DNA of 64,000 nucleotides from an uncultured archaeon (GCA_964458565.1 CAYWJO010000008.1:1-64000); one strand, 5' to 3'; shown: positions 10,035-20,596, counted from the first letter of the stretch. The notes: generated by a model from the letters alone, not told the origin. Program-made: numbers and translations.

Positions 10035-10844
10035 TCACGGACTTTTCCCAAGTAATTTCAACAGGGTTGCTTCACTCGTAAGGCCAAGCTTCTCAACAAT
10101 TTCTTCAGCCGCTTTCATTGCAGGGGATTCAGCTGGAATCTCCATGAGGGACTTACCGAGATAATTTGCCATAGCTAATTCATCATCATTGGGAATCATT
10201 CCAACAAGAGTAAGTCCTTCTTCAGCAAACTTGGATTCTAACTCCGCCTTCATTCCCTCTGGAAAACGGTTCCCGATGATGACTATTTTCTTGAAAGTGA
10301 TATGAACTTCTTTAGCTAGGTCTCTTATTCGAAGTGCAGCTTCAAATGCTGCCCTTGACGGATCGACAACAATGATGAGTACATCTACGTTTCTATCAGT
10401 TCTCCGACTAAGATGTTCCAAACCTGCGCTCATGTCTAGAATAGTGAATTCATAATTTGAACTAAGTGTATCGATGATCTGCGTTAAGAGTCGATTCACG
10501 TAGCAATAACAACCCTCTCCTTCAGTTCTACCCATTGCTAGAAAATCGAATCTATCTCCTTCAAGAAGTGCTTCGTAAATCTCACCTTCGAGAACATCCT
10601 GTTTGGTGACCGATTGCGCTATTGTGCCTTCATCGATACTCTTTCTCAACTGAGAAGCAATTTTTCCCACTGAGGTCTGAACATCTAATCCTAGAGCTCG
10701 AGGGAGGTTCATTACAGGATCGGCATCAACTACAAAGATACTTCTCTTTGTTGCTTCTGCAACTACCCTTGTAATCAGTGCTGCAATGGTTGTTTTACCA
10801 ACACCGCCTTTCCCTGAAACGGAAACGACTAATCTTTCTCTCAT
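10035..10844 (-). CDS. cooC: CODH/ACS nickel-insertion ATPase (CooC/AcsF)
   Basis: SGKGGVGKTT, GEGCYC, DMSAGLEHLSR; downstream of cdhE. Confidence 0.9.
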   Translation of the reverse strand: MRERLVVSVSGKGGVGKTTIAALITRVVAEATKRSIFVVDADPVMNLPRALGLDVQTSVGKIASQLRKSIDEGTIAQSVTKQDVLEGEIYEALLEGDRFDFLAMGRTEGEGCYCYVNRLLTQIIDTLSSNYEFTILDMSAGLEHLSRRTDRNVDVLIIVVDPSRAAFEAALRIRDLAKEVHITFKKIVIIGNRFPEGMKAELESKFAEEGLTLVGMIPNDDELAMANYLGKSLMEIPAESPAMKAAEEIVEKLGLTSEATLLKLLGKSP

Positions 10845-10896
10845 ACTGTTGTCACCTATGACTTATGCAAGAAAAAAAGAGTCGGTGATTTCTCAT

Positions 10897-12312
10897 CTAC
10901 TCTTTTTTCCACATTTCCTGCTGGATGTATTTGGGAATTCCCGACGAATCTTTAGGTCCGACCTTTACAGTCCAACCTGTCGATTCCTCAGTTTCACCGC
11001 TGATTCTTGCAGCCATTCCTGGACTGATGAGGATCTTGTGATTTACTTTCTCTGCTACACCGTATTCCTCCATTGCTTCAGCTACAGTGTCGGCTGTAAG
11101 TTTTCTACCAGCTACTGCAGACTGTACACTCATTCCCTCAGTATCAACGACGAGCAACCAAGCAGCTACATTTCCTTGTTTGATATCGCTCTCAACTGTG
11201 AAGTATGTCAAAGCAAAATTCGTTGTATACATGACTGGTGAATCTGGACCTGGATTCCCAAATTCCATCAATCCGGATTCAACTGCAACAGGCTTGACTG
11301 GGTCTGTATAGAGGTTACTCCTCAGAAAGGTCAATGGTAGATTTGTCCACATATCTAGACTATGAAGAATTACGATATCTGCGTACCTGACAATCATAGC
11401 TGCGGCTGTAATCACTTCATTCCACTTCGTTAATTCAGGAGCTTCTCCATCTCGATGATCTGCCCAAACTGATAGTGGTGTTACAAGTAGTGGGTAACCT
11501 AGTATATCGTTCTCCATATTGATTGCTGAACGTCTCAACTGTGTAAAGTTGTCAACTGTTGTACCAAGAAGAGAACCTGAAATTGTACCTGGATCAAGGA
11601 TTAACTCTTCTAATCCCATAGCTCTAAGGGTGTTTGCAAGAGTAGATAGGTTCTCTAAACTACCTGGAGCATAAGCAACAAGGGGGAGATTGTGTTTTAT
11701 AGCAATTTCACCAACTTCTGTCCATGTATCCATTGTAGCAGCGTAAAGCAATGGTCGATGTTTTGCGATTGCGTTTGCACCAGCAGCTAACATCGCTGGA
11801 TCCAGCGAACAGAGAATGATTGGCCAGCTCGATATCTCTGCAATCTTCTTTGCCGCCTTAGCGAATGTTTGAGGATCTTTTGATACTCCACGTAAGGCAA
11901 TCCCATCTAGCTTCAAATCCATGCCAATGTACATGTAGGTCCATTCCTCAATTTCCTTAACTCTCTTAGTGAGAGCTTCAGTGTCCATATTATCAGCTAC
12001 ATCTATGAAAAATGAGGTGGGGTCCAAGTATCTAAGGTCATGTCTATAGAGTACGAGTTTAGCTCCTATTGCAGCTGCTTTTTCTCCTGTACCAACTACT
12101 ATCTCTCTGACTGAAGGTGTAACAAGTACTTTCAATTTCTCTAGCTTTTTAGCATACTTTGCTTCTTTGAAAAGCGGAGTACATGCCTGTAACTTGACTG
12201 TGTATTCTGCCATTTTTGTAGCAAATGCCATGCAATTGGCTTCTCCACATTCTTTGCAGTTAGTACCTGGTAAGAGTGGATATATCTCGAGTGGACCTGG
12301 AAGATTGACCAT
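10897..12312 (-). CDS. cdhE: ACDS gamma subunit (corrinoid Fe-S protein, large)
   Basis: LPGTNCKECGEANCMAFA Fe-S motif, TTNFALTYFTVESD. Confidence 0.95.
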   Translation of the reverse strand: MVNLPGPLEIYPLLPGTNCKECGEANCMAFATKMAEYTVKLQACTPLFKEAKYAKKLEKLKVLVTPSVREIVVGTGEKAAAIGAKLVLYRHDLRYLDPTSFFIDVADNMDTEALTKRVKEIEEWTYMYIGMDLKLDGIALRGVSKDPQTFAKAAKKIAEISSWPIILCSLDPAMLAAGANAIAKHRPLLYAATMDTWTEVGEIAIKHNLPLVAYAPGSLENLSTLANTLRAMGLEELILDPGTISGSLLGTTVDNFTQLRRSAINMENDILGYPLLVTPLSVWADHRDGEAPELTKWNEVITAAAMIVRYADIVILHSLDMWTNLPLTFLRSNLYTDPVKPVAVESGLMEFGNPGPDSPVMYTTNFALTYFTVESDIKQGNVAAWLLVVDTEGMSVQSAVAGRKLTADTVAEAMEEYGVAEKVNHKILISPGMAARISGETEESTGWTVKVGPKDSSGIPKYIQQEMWKKE

Positions 12313-13505
12313 TATACTCCCTCCGGAATTGTCATTTTAGTCCAATCAACATAATCCTCTGGCTTTACATCACGTCTCTCTTTCATCCAATCTATGAGGT
12401 CATGCACTGTTTTGATAGCTGCGGGATGCATCATCATGAAGATGTCAGTTCCAGCTAACATCAATGTAAGTGCAGTAACGCTCTCCCAAATAGGACCTCG
12501 TAACTCTCTTGGCCCAAGAGCAGGATCTTTCAGCCATGCTTCTCTGGCAGCCCAAGCATTGGTAGTCCCTGAGCTAATTGGATAATTGAGTTCCGTATCT
12601 CCTAACAAACCAGCCAAACGCATTCTCTGCATTATCGTAAATGCGTACTCTAGACCATAACCAAGGGCTGCTGTTGTAGGGTCGATTATGATCTGACGCG
12701 GTTCCAGAAAGTCTAACAGCCGTCGATTAAGCTCCTTCTGTTGGTTGATATCGATAGATGTCCAGGAGAGTACAATTTGGTCGTGCTTCTTTGCAGCTTC
12801 TGCAATTGGTTCCCATACATCAACTGTCGCTGAGCATAGAAGAGTTCGTTCACCTTCACACACCTCAGCTGCTTTCGCTAAAACGGGACCATCTTTTGCA
12901 GGGTCTCCAGCAGAGCCAATGAGAATTGGCACCTTGACAGCTTGAAGAACTTCTTCAATGACTTTAGCAGCATCATTTGGTGACGTGTCACCAAGCTGTC
13001 TATCAGTACTGATAAGATGCAAGGTAATGATATCGGCACCGAACTTGTCAACAGATAGCTTTGCCCATGCAGCAGGATCATCAAGAACTTCCTTATAATG
13101 AGTCTTGACTACACTTGCGAGTGAGATGGGCATGTCGAAGACATCGGCCGCAACTACAGGTATGTGTTTTGGAGGAGCTTGGAATAGATCCCATGCAGGT
13201 GCAGTGTGTCCTCCAACTGTTATAGTGTTACCTCTTGTACCGCCTTGTCCCTTCGTTGCGCCAAGTGTTATTTCTTGAATACTAGACGTATATTCACCCA
13301 AGGGTTTAGTAAACGACGCTGGAATTAATGACTTAGGCATGGATAGAGCAGCTGCAGCTTGTGATTTAGCCATCTGTTGAACCATTGGTCGCAATGCTAA
13401 TTTTAACTCATCCAGTTCTATTGTCACATTCTCTAGAACTAGTTCAGCAAAATCGCCGAACAAGTCGTCCAATGATGAAGTGCCACTATCTTTTTTCTCA
13501 GTCAT
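12312..13505 (-). CDS. cdhD: ACDS delta subunit (corrinoid Fe-S protein, small)
   Basis: DINQQKELN, DPTTAALGYGLEY, NAWAAREAW, MMMHP. Confidence 0.95.
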   Translation of the reverse strand: MTEKKDSGTSSLDDLFGDFAELVLENVTIELDELKLALRPMVQQMAKSQAAAALSMPKSLIPASFTKPLGEYTSSIQEITLGATKGQGGTRGNTITVGGHTAPAWDLFQAPPKHIPVVAADVFDMPISLASVVKTHYKEVLDDPAAWAKLSVDKFGADIITLHLISTDRQLGDTSPNDAAKVIEEVLQAVKVPILIGSAGDPAKDGPVLAKAAEVCEGERTLLCSATVDVWEPIAEAAKKHDQIVLSWTSIDINQQKELNRRLLDFLEPRQIIIDPTTAALGYGLEYAFTIMQRMRLAGLLGDTELNYPISSGTTNAWAAREAWLKDPALGPRELRGPIWESVTALTLMLAGTDIFMMMHPAAIKTVHDLIDWMKERRDVKPEDYVDWTKMTIPEGV

Positions 13506-14905
13506 TTCTTTTTGTCACCTTTCCCTGTTTTCCGGATGATGACCCTGTCAGCGTAGATCTTTGCATTCTTGAATATAATTTCAAGCCCGCCACCGACTCC
13601 GCCTACAAAGGCTGTCATTTCTCCAGGGACTGCAACATAATCCGAGTCTCCTGAAACAGTGTCTAAAGCAACATCTTCCTCTTCGACTTCAACCCATCTC
13701 TCAACAACAGGATGATTCTTCTCTTTGAGGAATGCTTTCAGATCCGGAATCGTCATTGCATCTTCTTCAGTTGGTATTTTGTCACGAACTTCCTCTGGAA
13801 TATAGTCATAGACTCGTTTCTTGATGTTGTCCGGTATCCAGACTATTCTATCCCAACCACCATCTACTTGAAGGAACTTGGGTGAACGCATATACTCTAT
13901 AGAAAGTCCATGGAATCCAGGTACTTGACGACCTCCTGCTGTAGAGTCAGCCATGCTTGAGAATTGAAGTCCATTTACTGTTTCTCCCTTGAAATCTCTA
14001 TGAACAATTCCAAGTCCATCCACCTCAGGAATTACGAAAGCAATGGCTTCAAAACAACCACAACTTGTATGTGGTCTCTCAAATGCACTATAGAGAACTA
14101 CAGACGCGACCTTACCGAGAGACTTCTCGACATAAGCCTGATTTACTCCAGTGTACTCTCCCTTGAAATCGTCAATTGTATCACCTTTTGAAATCTCATA
14201 GAGCGGACCTTTGGGATCAACTCGTGCAGCGGCTCGTCCGTCAAACCAGCTGATTGCACCGCAATTTGCATATCTCTGAGGAGTAATTGTACAGACGTGG
14301 GTTGGCGCAAATGATTGACAGAGCGAGCATCCATAGAATGTATCTACGTCAGCATCACTAAGCCCTCTAGCGCGCTCATCACGTGCATTGTACCGATTAA
14401 TTGCTTCGTCATATCTTACTTCAATCTCTTTTGGATCGGTAATGAATGTCACCTGTATCTCTTCAATGATATTCATCTCACTCTTAAAGAGTCGAATCAA
14501 AACTTTACCTAGATATTCCAAGGAATTGAAACCCTTTTCAAATGATTTCTTACTCAGCCGCATCCATATATCATACCGCTGATTAAGATGCATCATTCCC
14601 TCGACGAAATTCACGTATTCGTGGATTCGTCTTTCGATAACTCCCTCAAGGTCCGGTTCAACTTCAGCCCCAGCAACCTCGATAAAGATGCCGAATGGGT
14701 GAAAACTTCCTTCTTCCATATCTTTCAAATCAGGTCCTATAATGACTACTTTCTCATCTTCTATAGAACCTTTATCTCGCGCAAGTGCGAGTTCGAATTT
14801 CTTCTCTATTTTGGGTCCGCCAAGTTCGACGAACATATCCTTACCACGCACTCTCTCTCCTTCATATACTACACCAATGTCTACTGGAACGTCTTCAAAT
14901 GACAT
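13502..14905 (-). CDS. cdhC: ACDS beta subunit (acetyl-CoA synthase)
   Basis: FYGCSLCQSFAPTHVC, PHTSCGCFE A-cluster motifs. Confidence 0.96.
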   Translation of the reverse strand: MSFEDVPVDIGVVYEGERVRGKDMFVELGGPKIEKKFELALARDKGSIEDEKVVIIGPDLKDMEEGSFHPFGIFIEVAGAEVEPDLEGVIERRIHEYVNFVEGMMHLNQRYDIWMRLSKKSFEKGFNSLEYLGKVLIRLFKSEMNIIEEIQVTFITDPKEIEVRYDEAINRYNARDERARGLSDADVDTFYGCSLCQSFAPTHVCTITPQRYANCGAISWFDGRAAARVDPKGPLYEISKGDTIDDFKGEYTGVNQAYVEKSLGKVASVVLYSAFERPHTSCGCFEAIAFVIPEVDGLGIVHRDFKGETVNGLQFSSMADSTAGGRQVPGFHGLSIEYMRSPKFLQVDGGWDRIVWIPDNIKKRVYDYIPEEVRDKIPTEEDAMTIPDLKAFLKEKNHPVVERWVEVEEEDVALDTVSGDSDYVAVPGEMTAFVGGVGGGLEIIFKNAKIYADRVIIRKTGKGDKKK

Positions 14906-14906
14906 C

Positions 14907-15452
14907 TTATTTACCTCCTTTTACGAGTTCTACGATTTCGTCTAGGATTTCGTGCCACTGCTTCTCTTTCATATTCGGGAAGGACCATTTTGCATGAGGC
15001 TGGAAGTATCTCCCCAGAGCAATTGGGGTGATTTGGGTTGCAAAATTCATGACAGCTGATAATAGAGTCCACTGCATATAGTATGTAATTCCGTAGATCA
15101 TTATCATATCATGAGGTCCCTTTCCGTGAGGTCCTTTCCAATCTGGATCTTGCAGGTAATAGGCTAATTCCATTGCCCCCATGGATTTTGCACCCACAAA
15201 GCCCTTTTCGATGAATGCTTTGATTGCACCACCTGTGGCAACAATCGGAATATTACCTGCTTCAGATAGGGCGATCGCATAATCGATCATGTCACCCTTC
15301 CCATGTTGCATACCAACTGCGTCATGTCCTACAATCAAGAGTGGTTTCTTTGCCAATTTCAAGTCTCTTTTCAGCATATCCGCTTTTGTCAATGACTTCG
15401 CACTATCTGGACCACAAATCTCTCCTGTCTGCCAGGGTACTGCTCGCATCAT
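14907..15452 (-). CDS. cdhB: ACDS epsilon subunit
   Basis: AKKPLLIVG, DPDWKG, FQPHAKWSFPN; lies between cdhA and cdhC. Confidence 0.9.
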   Translation of the reverse strand: MMRAVPWQTGEICGPDSAKSLTKADMLKRDLKLAKKPLLIVGHDAVGMQHGKGDMIDYAIALSEAGNIPIVATGGAIKAFIEKGFVGAKSMGAMELAYYLQDPDWKGPHGKGPHDMIMIYGITYYMQWTLLSAVMNFATQITPIALGRYFQPHAKWSFPNMKEKQWHEILDEIVELVKGGK

Positions 15453-15455
15453 TTA

Positions 15456-17798
15456 TTATACACCTCCCCCATAGACCTGCTCTTTCAGAAGCGTTGGATC
15501 GGGAATTTGTTTCTCTTTCCACTTGTTCTCCTTCATTTGAGCTAGGATTTTATCCTTGAGTGTGATTGGAATATCTGTATCACGTCTTATATATCTCCAA
15601 ACATCATCTGGGAAGAACCCATAGGACGTTTCATGGATATCTATGTAGTGACTGAGCTTTATCGAGCGTCCTTTACCAGTATCGTTTGGTCTGATGCATA
15701 GTTTGGCTGTCATGACATTAGCTTCAGCAACTGTTTCAGCTGCATAGAACAAATGCTCAGGAGCTGGTGCAATTTGAACCCTGTCCCCTGTTCTTGCATC
15801 ATAGACCATCCAGTCACGATCTTGATCAGCTCTACCTAAGAGCATTCTACGATATTTTGAACCATGTGGACCTACAATGACAGGAACACCTAATCGCCAG
15901 AAACCTGCTGCTATTGACGCAGCCTTCTGTGAAAATGCACCCCAAGATATTCCCACAGCACCTACTCTGTTATGGATGTAGTCTGCAATCTCTGCATAAT
16001 TACCTCTTAGGTTCCTTTTTGCGAATATAGCGGCAATCTTTATTGCAGCTCCCGCGATGTGTGGGTTTGAAACACAAGATCCAACATTCAATACACATCC
16101 CGCATCGAATGCGCCATCACGGCGTTCATAAATTGTTTGACCGTTCTCATCAAGAACATGTCCAGCTGAAATTGCTGCGCATCCTGATGTGACTATTATG
16201 AATCTGCGTTTAGCAAATTCTTCTGCCATGTCGTGAACATCCTTTCCTCCACCTGGGTAATTTGCACATCCTACATGAGCAATCACTCCAGGAATCTCAC
16301 CAAATACTATTGGTTGACCTACACGTCGAATTTCAATATCCTGAATTGCTCCTCTCCCTGTTCTTACCATATAGGTTTCTTTCTTACAGTCTTCCTGAGC
16401 CGCTACAACCATCCAGCTATGAAGATCGTATTCATTGGGGCAAGCAGACTCACATCGTGCACAACCTATACAATTTTGGTATAGATCACGAAGTGGTTCA
16501 AAATTTCCAACCTGTGCTGCGAGTACAGCTTCTTGAATAGGTTGGTCATTAGGACAGGCTCTCACACATTCCATACATTTCTTACATTCCGCAGCCATCT
16601 TCTGTATCTGCTTCTTACTTGGGAAGTATTTCTTCTTGCGTCTTATTGGCTTGATTGCAAGAGCAACTTTGGTTGCTACTTCACCAACTTTATGATGATC
16701 CGGAATATACGCACCAGGAATCTTTCCTGAAACCAAGTCTTCTACGATGGAATCCACTGAATCATCAGACCTATCTGGGAGTCCCATAACGGCTTTGTCA
16801 CTGGTTGATATAACAGGGGCTCCAACTTTTTGAGCTTCCTGGACAACATCTGTTCTAACACACTGTTCATCTACAACAATGAGGTCCGCACTGCCAGCTC
16901 GAATGAACCTAAGCTGCCAGGAGATTGGTCCGACAACCTTTGCCTTTGGGTCTCTTCGAGTGATGTCCCATGCAGTACAACACATTCCTCCAACTTCCAC
17001 TTCTTCATGTAGTCTTTTCTCAGTAATGTAATCTGTAATCGAGGCAGCTGGGACAATATTGTGTCCAATTGTTAGAATGATTGCTTTATTTGTGTCCATC
17101 ATTCCAATTCCAGATTGAACAAGAGGTGCCTCTGGATCTGCTTGTGGGAACCCGAGCGTTGAAATTTGAACTAGATCTGCAATTTCCATACTCACTTGAT
17201 CAATCATTCCGACATGGAACACCTTACTCTCAAAGTCCAACCAACTCCCTTCTTGACCTGTGTGAATAGCGGAGAGTGTATGTGCTAATTGGGTTTCGCA
17301 GTAATCGAGAATAATGCTTGCATCCTCTAAAGTACGAGGCCGCATCCCTGTTACTAATCGACTTACTGGTGCATGAATCTCTGTTCCTGGTCCTACTTTG
17401 AGTTGCTCTCGTGGTCCAAATTCTTCAATTAGATGATCCACTAGATGTCTTGCATGAGCCAAATGTGCAGCATTTCCGATATTTGCTGCAGCTAGTACAA
17501 TCCTCGCTTGCTGACCCTTCATGTCTAAACCACATGCACCTCTCTTATCTCGTGATAAGTCACATTTTCCCATTGTGCATAAACAACAGACTTGACAATA
17601 GGGCATGTATGAGGGCTGATACCGGGTTAGAAGTTTGTGATCCCAAGATCTCAAAGTTGTTGGGCCAGGCTTCGGAGTTGGACCCATTGGCTCGTCCCAT
17701 TCATCATCGATAATTTCACCAATCCTGACTTCTAGACCTTTGAAGTGGCCTAGACTAGTTTCAGCGTCATCAGCTTTGATGTAAGCTTTCTTTTTCAT
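15456..17798 (-). CDS. cdhA: ACDS alpha subunit (CO dehydrogenase); likely start ATG 17798 (track gives 17858)
   Basis: CQVCCLCTMGKC, GGMCCTA, DEQCVRTD, two ferredoxin-like motifs, VGSCVSN. Confidence 0.96.
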   Translation of the reverse strand: MKKKAYIKADDAETSLGHFKGLEVRIGEIIDDEWDEPMGPTPKPGPTTLRSWDHKLLTRYQPSYMPYCQVCCLCTMGKCDLSRDKRGACGLDMKGQQARIVLAAANIGNAAHLAHARHLVDHLIEEFGPREQLKVGPGTEIHAPVSRLVTGMRPRTLEDASIILDYCETQLAHTLSAIHTGQEGSWLDFESKVFHVGMIDQVSMEIADLVQISTLGFPQADPEAPLVQSGIGMMDTNKAIILTIGHNIVPAASITDYITEKRLHEEVEVGGMCCTAWDITRRDPKAKVVGPISWQLRFIRAGSADLIVVDEQCVRTDVVQEAQKVGAPVISTSDKAVMGLPDRSDDSVDSIVEDLVSGKIPGAYIPDHHKVGEVATKVALAIKPIRRKKKYFPSKKQIQKMAAECKKCMECVRACPNDQPIQEAVLAAQVGNFEPLRDLYQNCIGCARCESACPNEYDLHSWMVVAAQEDCKKETYMVRTGRGAIQDIEIRRVGQPIVFGEIPGVIAHVGCANYPGGGKDVHDMAEEFAKRRFIIVTSGCAAISAGHVLDENGQTIYERRDGAFDAGCVLNVGSCVSNPHIAGAAIKIAAIFAKRNLRGNYAEIADYIHNRVGAVGISWGAFSQKAASIAAGFWRLGVPVIVGPHGSKYRRMLLGRADQDRDWMVYDARTGDRVQIAPAPEHLFYAAETVAEANVMTAKLCIRPNDTGKGRSIKLSHYIDIHETSYGFFPDDVWRYIRRDTDIPITLKDKILAQMKENKWKEKQIPDPTLLKEQVYGGGV

Positions 17799-17842
17799 GG
17801 CTTGCTCAGTCCTAAGACGTAATGTTTTTCGAGTTTCGTGAG

Positions 17843-17879
17843 CACATAAAAGTGTCACGTATTGACCACACTTTTTGTG
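17843..17879. promoter_or_regulatory. Imperfect inverted repeat upstream of cdhA
   Basis: CACATAAAAGTGTCA cgtat TGACCACACTTTTTGTG. Confidence 0.4.
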
Positions 17880-17979
17880 AATATGTTCATAAACAATCGT
17901 GCAGTGCTAGCCGCGTGCTAGTTTCGCGATACTTCTAGTTTCCGGTCAAGTTTTTCAAAATGTTGTCTATATGTTGGAC

Positions 17980-18783
17980 TTATGTTACATCTTGTGTTTC
18001 TGAAACAAGTCGTTCTTTGATATCAAATATAGCTCTCATCCCTGGTGAATCTGGATTCATATCTAGAGGAGCCATTCCTCTTCTATCTGCTTCCTTTATC
18101 TCGCGATCAAGAGGTACATTGCCAAGAAGGGGAATTCCTTCATTCTTGATAGCTTCCCGAATCATCTCTTCATCTTCCAGTCCATCAACTTTATTTCCAA
18201 CCGCATATATTCGGCCGATATCTATGTCTGAAGCTAGGTCCTTGATTTTTCCAAGAATCTGTAATGCGCGTCGACTAGGCTCAGTAACTACAATTAGTGC
18301 ATCCATTCCTTTAGTTGTTCCTCTTCCCAGATTTTCAACACCCGCATCCATGTCCATTACAAAAGCTTCGTCTGTTCCAAGAACAAGATGACGCATCAAT
18401 GTCTTCAGAAGAGTTGCGGATGGACACATGCATCCTGAACCTCCAATTTCAACAGTGCCTGCTACCAACAAACTAACATTATCTGGTCCCTGTATTGCGA
18501 ATTTCTCAGCAAGATCATCAACGCGCGGATTAAGTTTGAAGAATCCACTTAGCGATTCAGCTCCTTGAATCTTGAGACGTTCATCAATCAATGCTTCATT
18601 CTGTGTGAGTGGAATGATTTTCTTCGCCACATCGACCGGTATACCCAATGCAGACCATAAAGTATAGCTTGGATCTGCATCTACTGCAAGTATCCTCAAG
18701 CCATCTCTTCCAAGTAATCTTGCTAGAGTTCCTGCAATTGTTGTTTTACCAACTCCACCTTTTCCTGCTACTGCGACCTTCAA
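17980..18783 (-). CDS. cooC: Second CooC-type nickel-insertion ATPase; likely start TTG 18783 (track gives 18834)
   Basis: AGKGGVGKTT, GSGCMCP, DMDAGVENLGRG; AGGAG upstream of the TTG. Confidence 0.88.
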   Translation of the reverse strand: MKVAVAGKGGVGKTTIAGTLARLLGRDGLRILAVDADPSYTLWSALGIPVDVAKKIIPLTQNEALIDERLKIQGAESLSGFFKLNPRVDDLAEKFAIQGPDNVSLLVAGTVEIGGSGCMCPSATLLKTLMRHLVLGTDEAFVMDMDAGVENLGRGTTKGMDALIVVTEPSRRALQILGKIKDLASDIDIGRIYAVGNKVDGLEDEEMIREAIKNEGIPLLGNVPLDREIKEADRRGMAPLDMNPDSPGMRAIFDIKERLVSETQDVT

Positions 18784-18802
18784 ATTTCTGTATTCTCCTG
18801 GA

Positions 18803-20029
18803 TTATTTTTTAACAAGTTCATGAATTTTTCCAAGTACTTTATCTATCGTCAACACTTCAGCATTCCATGTAACTAACTCATACTTCTTCAGGTCAATCC
18901 TTATCATTGTGCTTGCTCCGGAAATTATTGGATCAGTTGTATGGATGGAAATATCCGCAATACTGTCAGTGAGACCTCCTGATCGGCCGATGTATACAAT
19001 CTTCGATTTTCTTAAAGCTTTAGCAGCTCTCCCTGGGATTTCTGAAAAAACATCATCACCAACAATCAGTGCCGTGTCGAACTCACCATTAGCTATCTTT
19101 GTCAGAATGGACTGCTGGGAATCCTGTTTCTTGGTTTCTTGAAGAGCGCCCATAATATTGCTTTCGGGAAACATTGGTAGTGCATAGGCTTCTTTACCAT
19201 CATTCTTCAGGACTTCAATCAGATTTAGGAGTGCCGAAAGATTCTCCTCTGCATTCCCTGAATTTACGAGGCCACTTCCATAGAAGATGACAGTGCAATC
19301 TGATTTCTTGAATGCTCTGACAAGGCCTAGGATTTCAACAGCAGGAATCCCAAACAAAGGTTCAGTAATTGAAGATGTCCCTTTCAATTCTGACGCTAGC
19401 GCTTTCAATAAATCAACATCTTGACCAATTGGTATTTTGAACCTATGATTTGCCATTTTCATGGTTTCTGTTTCACGAACATCTACAACCCCAATTGTTC
19501 TACTCTCAACGCCTTCGGGTAGTTTATCTCCAATTGGTAAGACAGCAAACCTACTAGGATGACGATGTAGACTTTCAGCTGGATTACATCCCCAATATAT
19601 TATAAACTCACCATTGTTACGAATATAATCTAAATCAATAGCGAGAGTCATGGAATGTAATTCGTGGCTCATAGATTGATACGCACTCAGACTTGCCAGT
19701 GTGTTGAAATGAGCATTGAGTTCTTCTGCTAATAATTGTCCATGCTTGATACTCTCATTAGAAGCTGTGGTCCAGCCGTATACGAGTATATTTTCTCCCT
19801 CTGAAAGGACTCTAGCAGTTTCTTTAATTGCATCCTCAATTGGTATTCGTTTTTCTTCTCCATTGCGACGGACTATTCCTGTTTCTGCTTCACTAGCTGC
19901 AGATGTTAGATGAGCATGACCCAATTTGCATACACCTAACGAGGAAACTTCATTCTTCTCAATCGTCGCTGAAACATCATTGCAAAGAAGAGAACATCCG
20001 TTACAAACAAAATCTTTCACGAGTAACAC
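18803..20029 (-). CDS. Degenerate FwdB-like protein (lacks the metal-ligating Cys motif)
   Basis: CNGCSLLCND, IIYWGCNPAESLHRHPSRF, VVDVRETET align with FwdB, but DNTSSVCHGP is replaced by NTLASLSAYQ and RGHYNV by FPESNI. Confidence 0.8.
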   Translation of the reverse strand: MLLVKDFVCNGCSLLCNDVSATIEKNEVSSLGVCKLGHAHLTSAASEAETGIVRRNGEEKRIPIEDAIKETARVLSEGENILVYGWTTASNESIKHGQLLAEELNAHFNTLASLSAYQSMSHELHSMTLAIDLDYIRNNGEFIIYWGCNPAESLHRHPSRFAVLPIGDKLPEGVESRTIGVVDVRETETMKMANHRFKIPIGQDVDLLKALASELKGTSSITEPLFGIPAVEILGLVRAFKKSDCTVIFYGSGLVNSGNAEENLSALLNLIEVLKNDGKEAYALPMFPESNIMGALQETKKQDSQQSILTKIANGEFDTALIVGDDVFSEIPGRAAKALRKSKIVYIGRSGGLTDSIADISIHTTDPIISGASTMIRIDLKKYELVTWNAEVLTIDKVLGKIHELVKK

Positions 20030-20488
20030 CTACCAAATTTCAATCGCGTCCGTACAACAGTATTGTTCACATACTCTACAGTTCATGCGATCCGGAGGAA
20101 ATCTACGACACTTCTCTAGATTGATAATCTTCGAAATCCCATTCTCAACTCTAAATACAGTTGCATCACTCTTTGCAGCTTTACCAATTCCTGTACCTGG
20201 TTCTAATGCAACATCAACTGGACAGACCACTACACAATTTCCGCAGCCTGTACATTTTGATTCATCAAGCTTCACACCAGTTTCTGCCGCCGATTGTAGT
20301 GGTGCGACCAGCTCTCTAATTCTCTCTAAGTTCTTCTCAAATCCTGCCTCCAACAAGGGTGGACAATCATCTGGACTGATAGTCCCTAGAGCAAGATGTG
20401 TGGCAAATGCCATACAAGTTTTTGGTTCACACATTCGGCAATTCGTTTTGGGGAGTAAGTTATATAGCTCCATTGGATTCAGCTTCAA
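20030..20488 (-). CDS. fwdG: FwdG-like ferredoxin with an N-terminal Fe-S domain
   Basis: LPKTNCRMC..CMAFA domain, then CTGCGNCVVVCPV..GIGK..FRVENG, typical of FwdG. Confidence 0.75.
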   Translation of the reverse strand: MKLNPMELYNLLPKTNCRMCEPKTCMAFATHLALGTISPDDCPPLLEAGFEKNLERIRELVAPLQSAAETGVKLDESKCTGCGNCVVVCPVDVALEPGTGIGKAAKSDATVFRVENGISKIINLEKCRRFPPDRMNCRVCEQYCCTDAIEIW

Positions 20489-20568
20489 GGTGTCATGTCT
20501 CCGTTTGGTGACGCTGTCATATGCACCACGAATAAGTTTGAAATTTGTTTAAATCCAAAAGGATTATC

Positions 20569-20596
20569 GTTATAGGTTATATGTTATAGGTTATAT
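20569..20596. repeat. Perfect 14-bp tandem repeat (4 x GTTATA[G/T]) in the divergent fwdG/hdrA spacer
   Basis: GTTATAGGTTATAT-GTTATAGGTTATAT. Confidence 0.8.

Noticed and set aside
422-17858. Methanogenesis
   Set aside because: No mcr or mtr genes in the window; the H4MPT branch and ACDS also occur in non-methanogenic archaea
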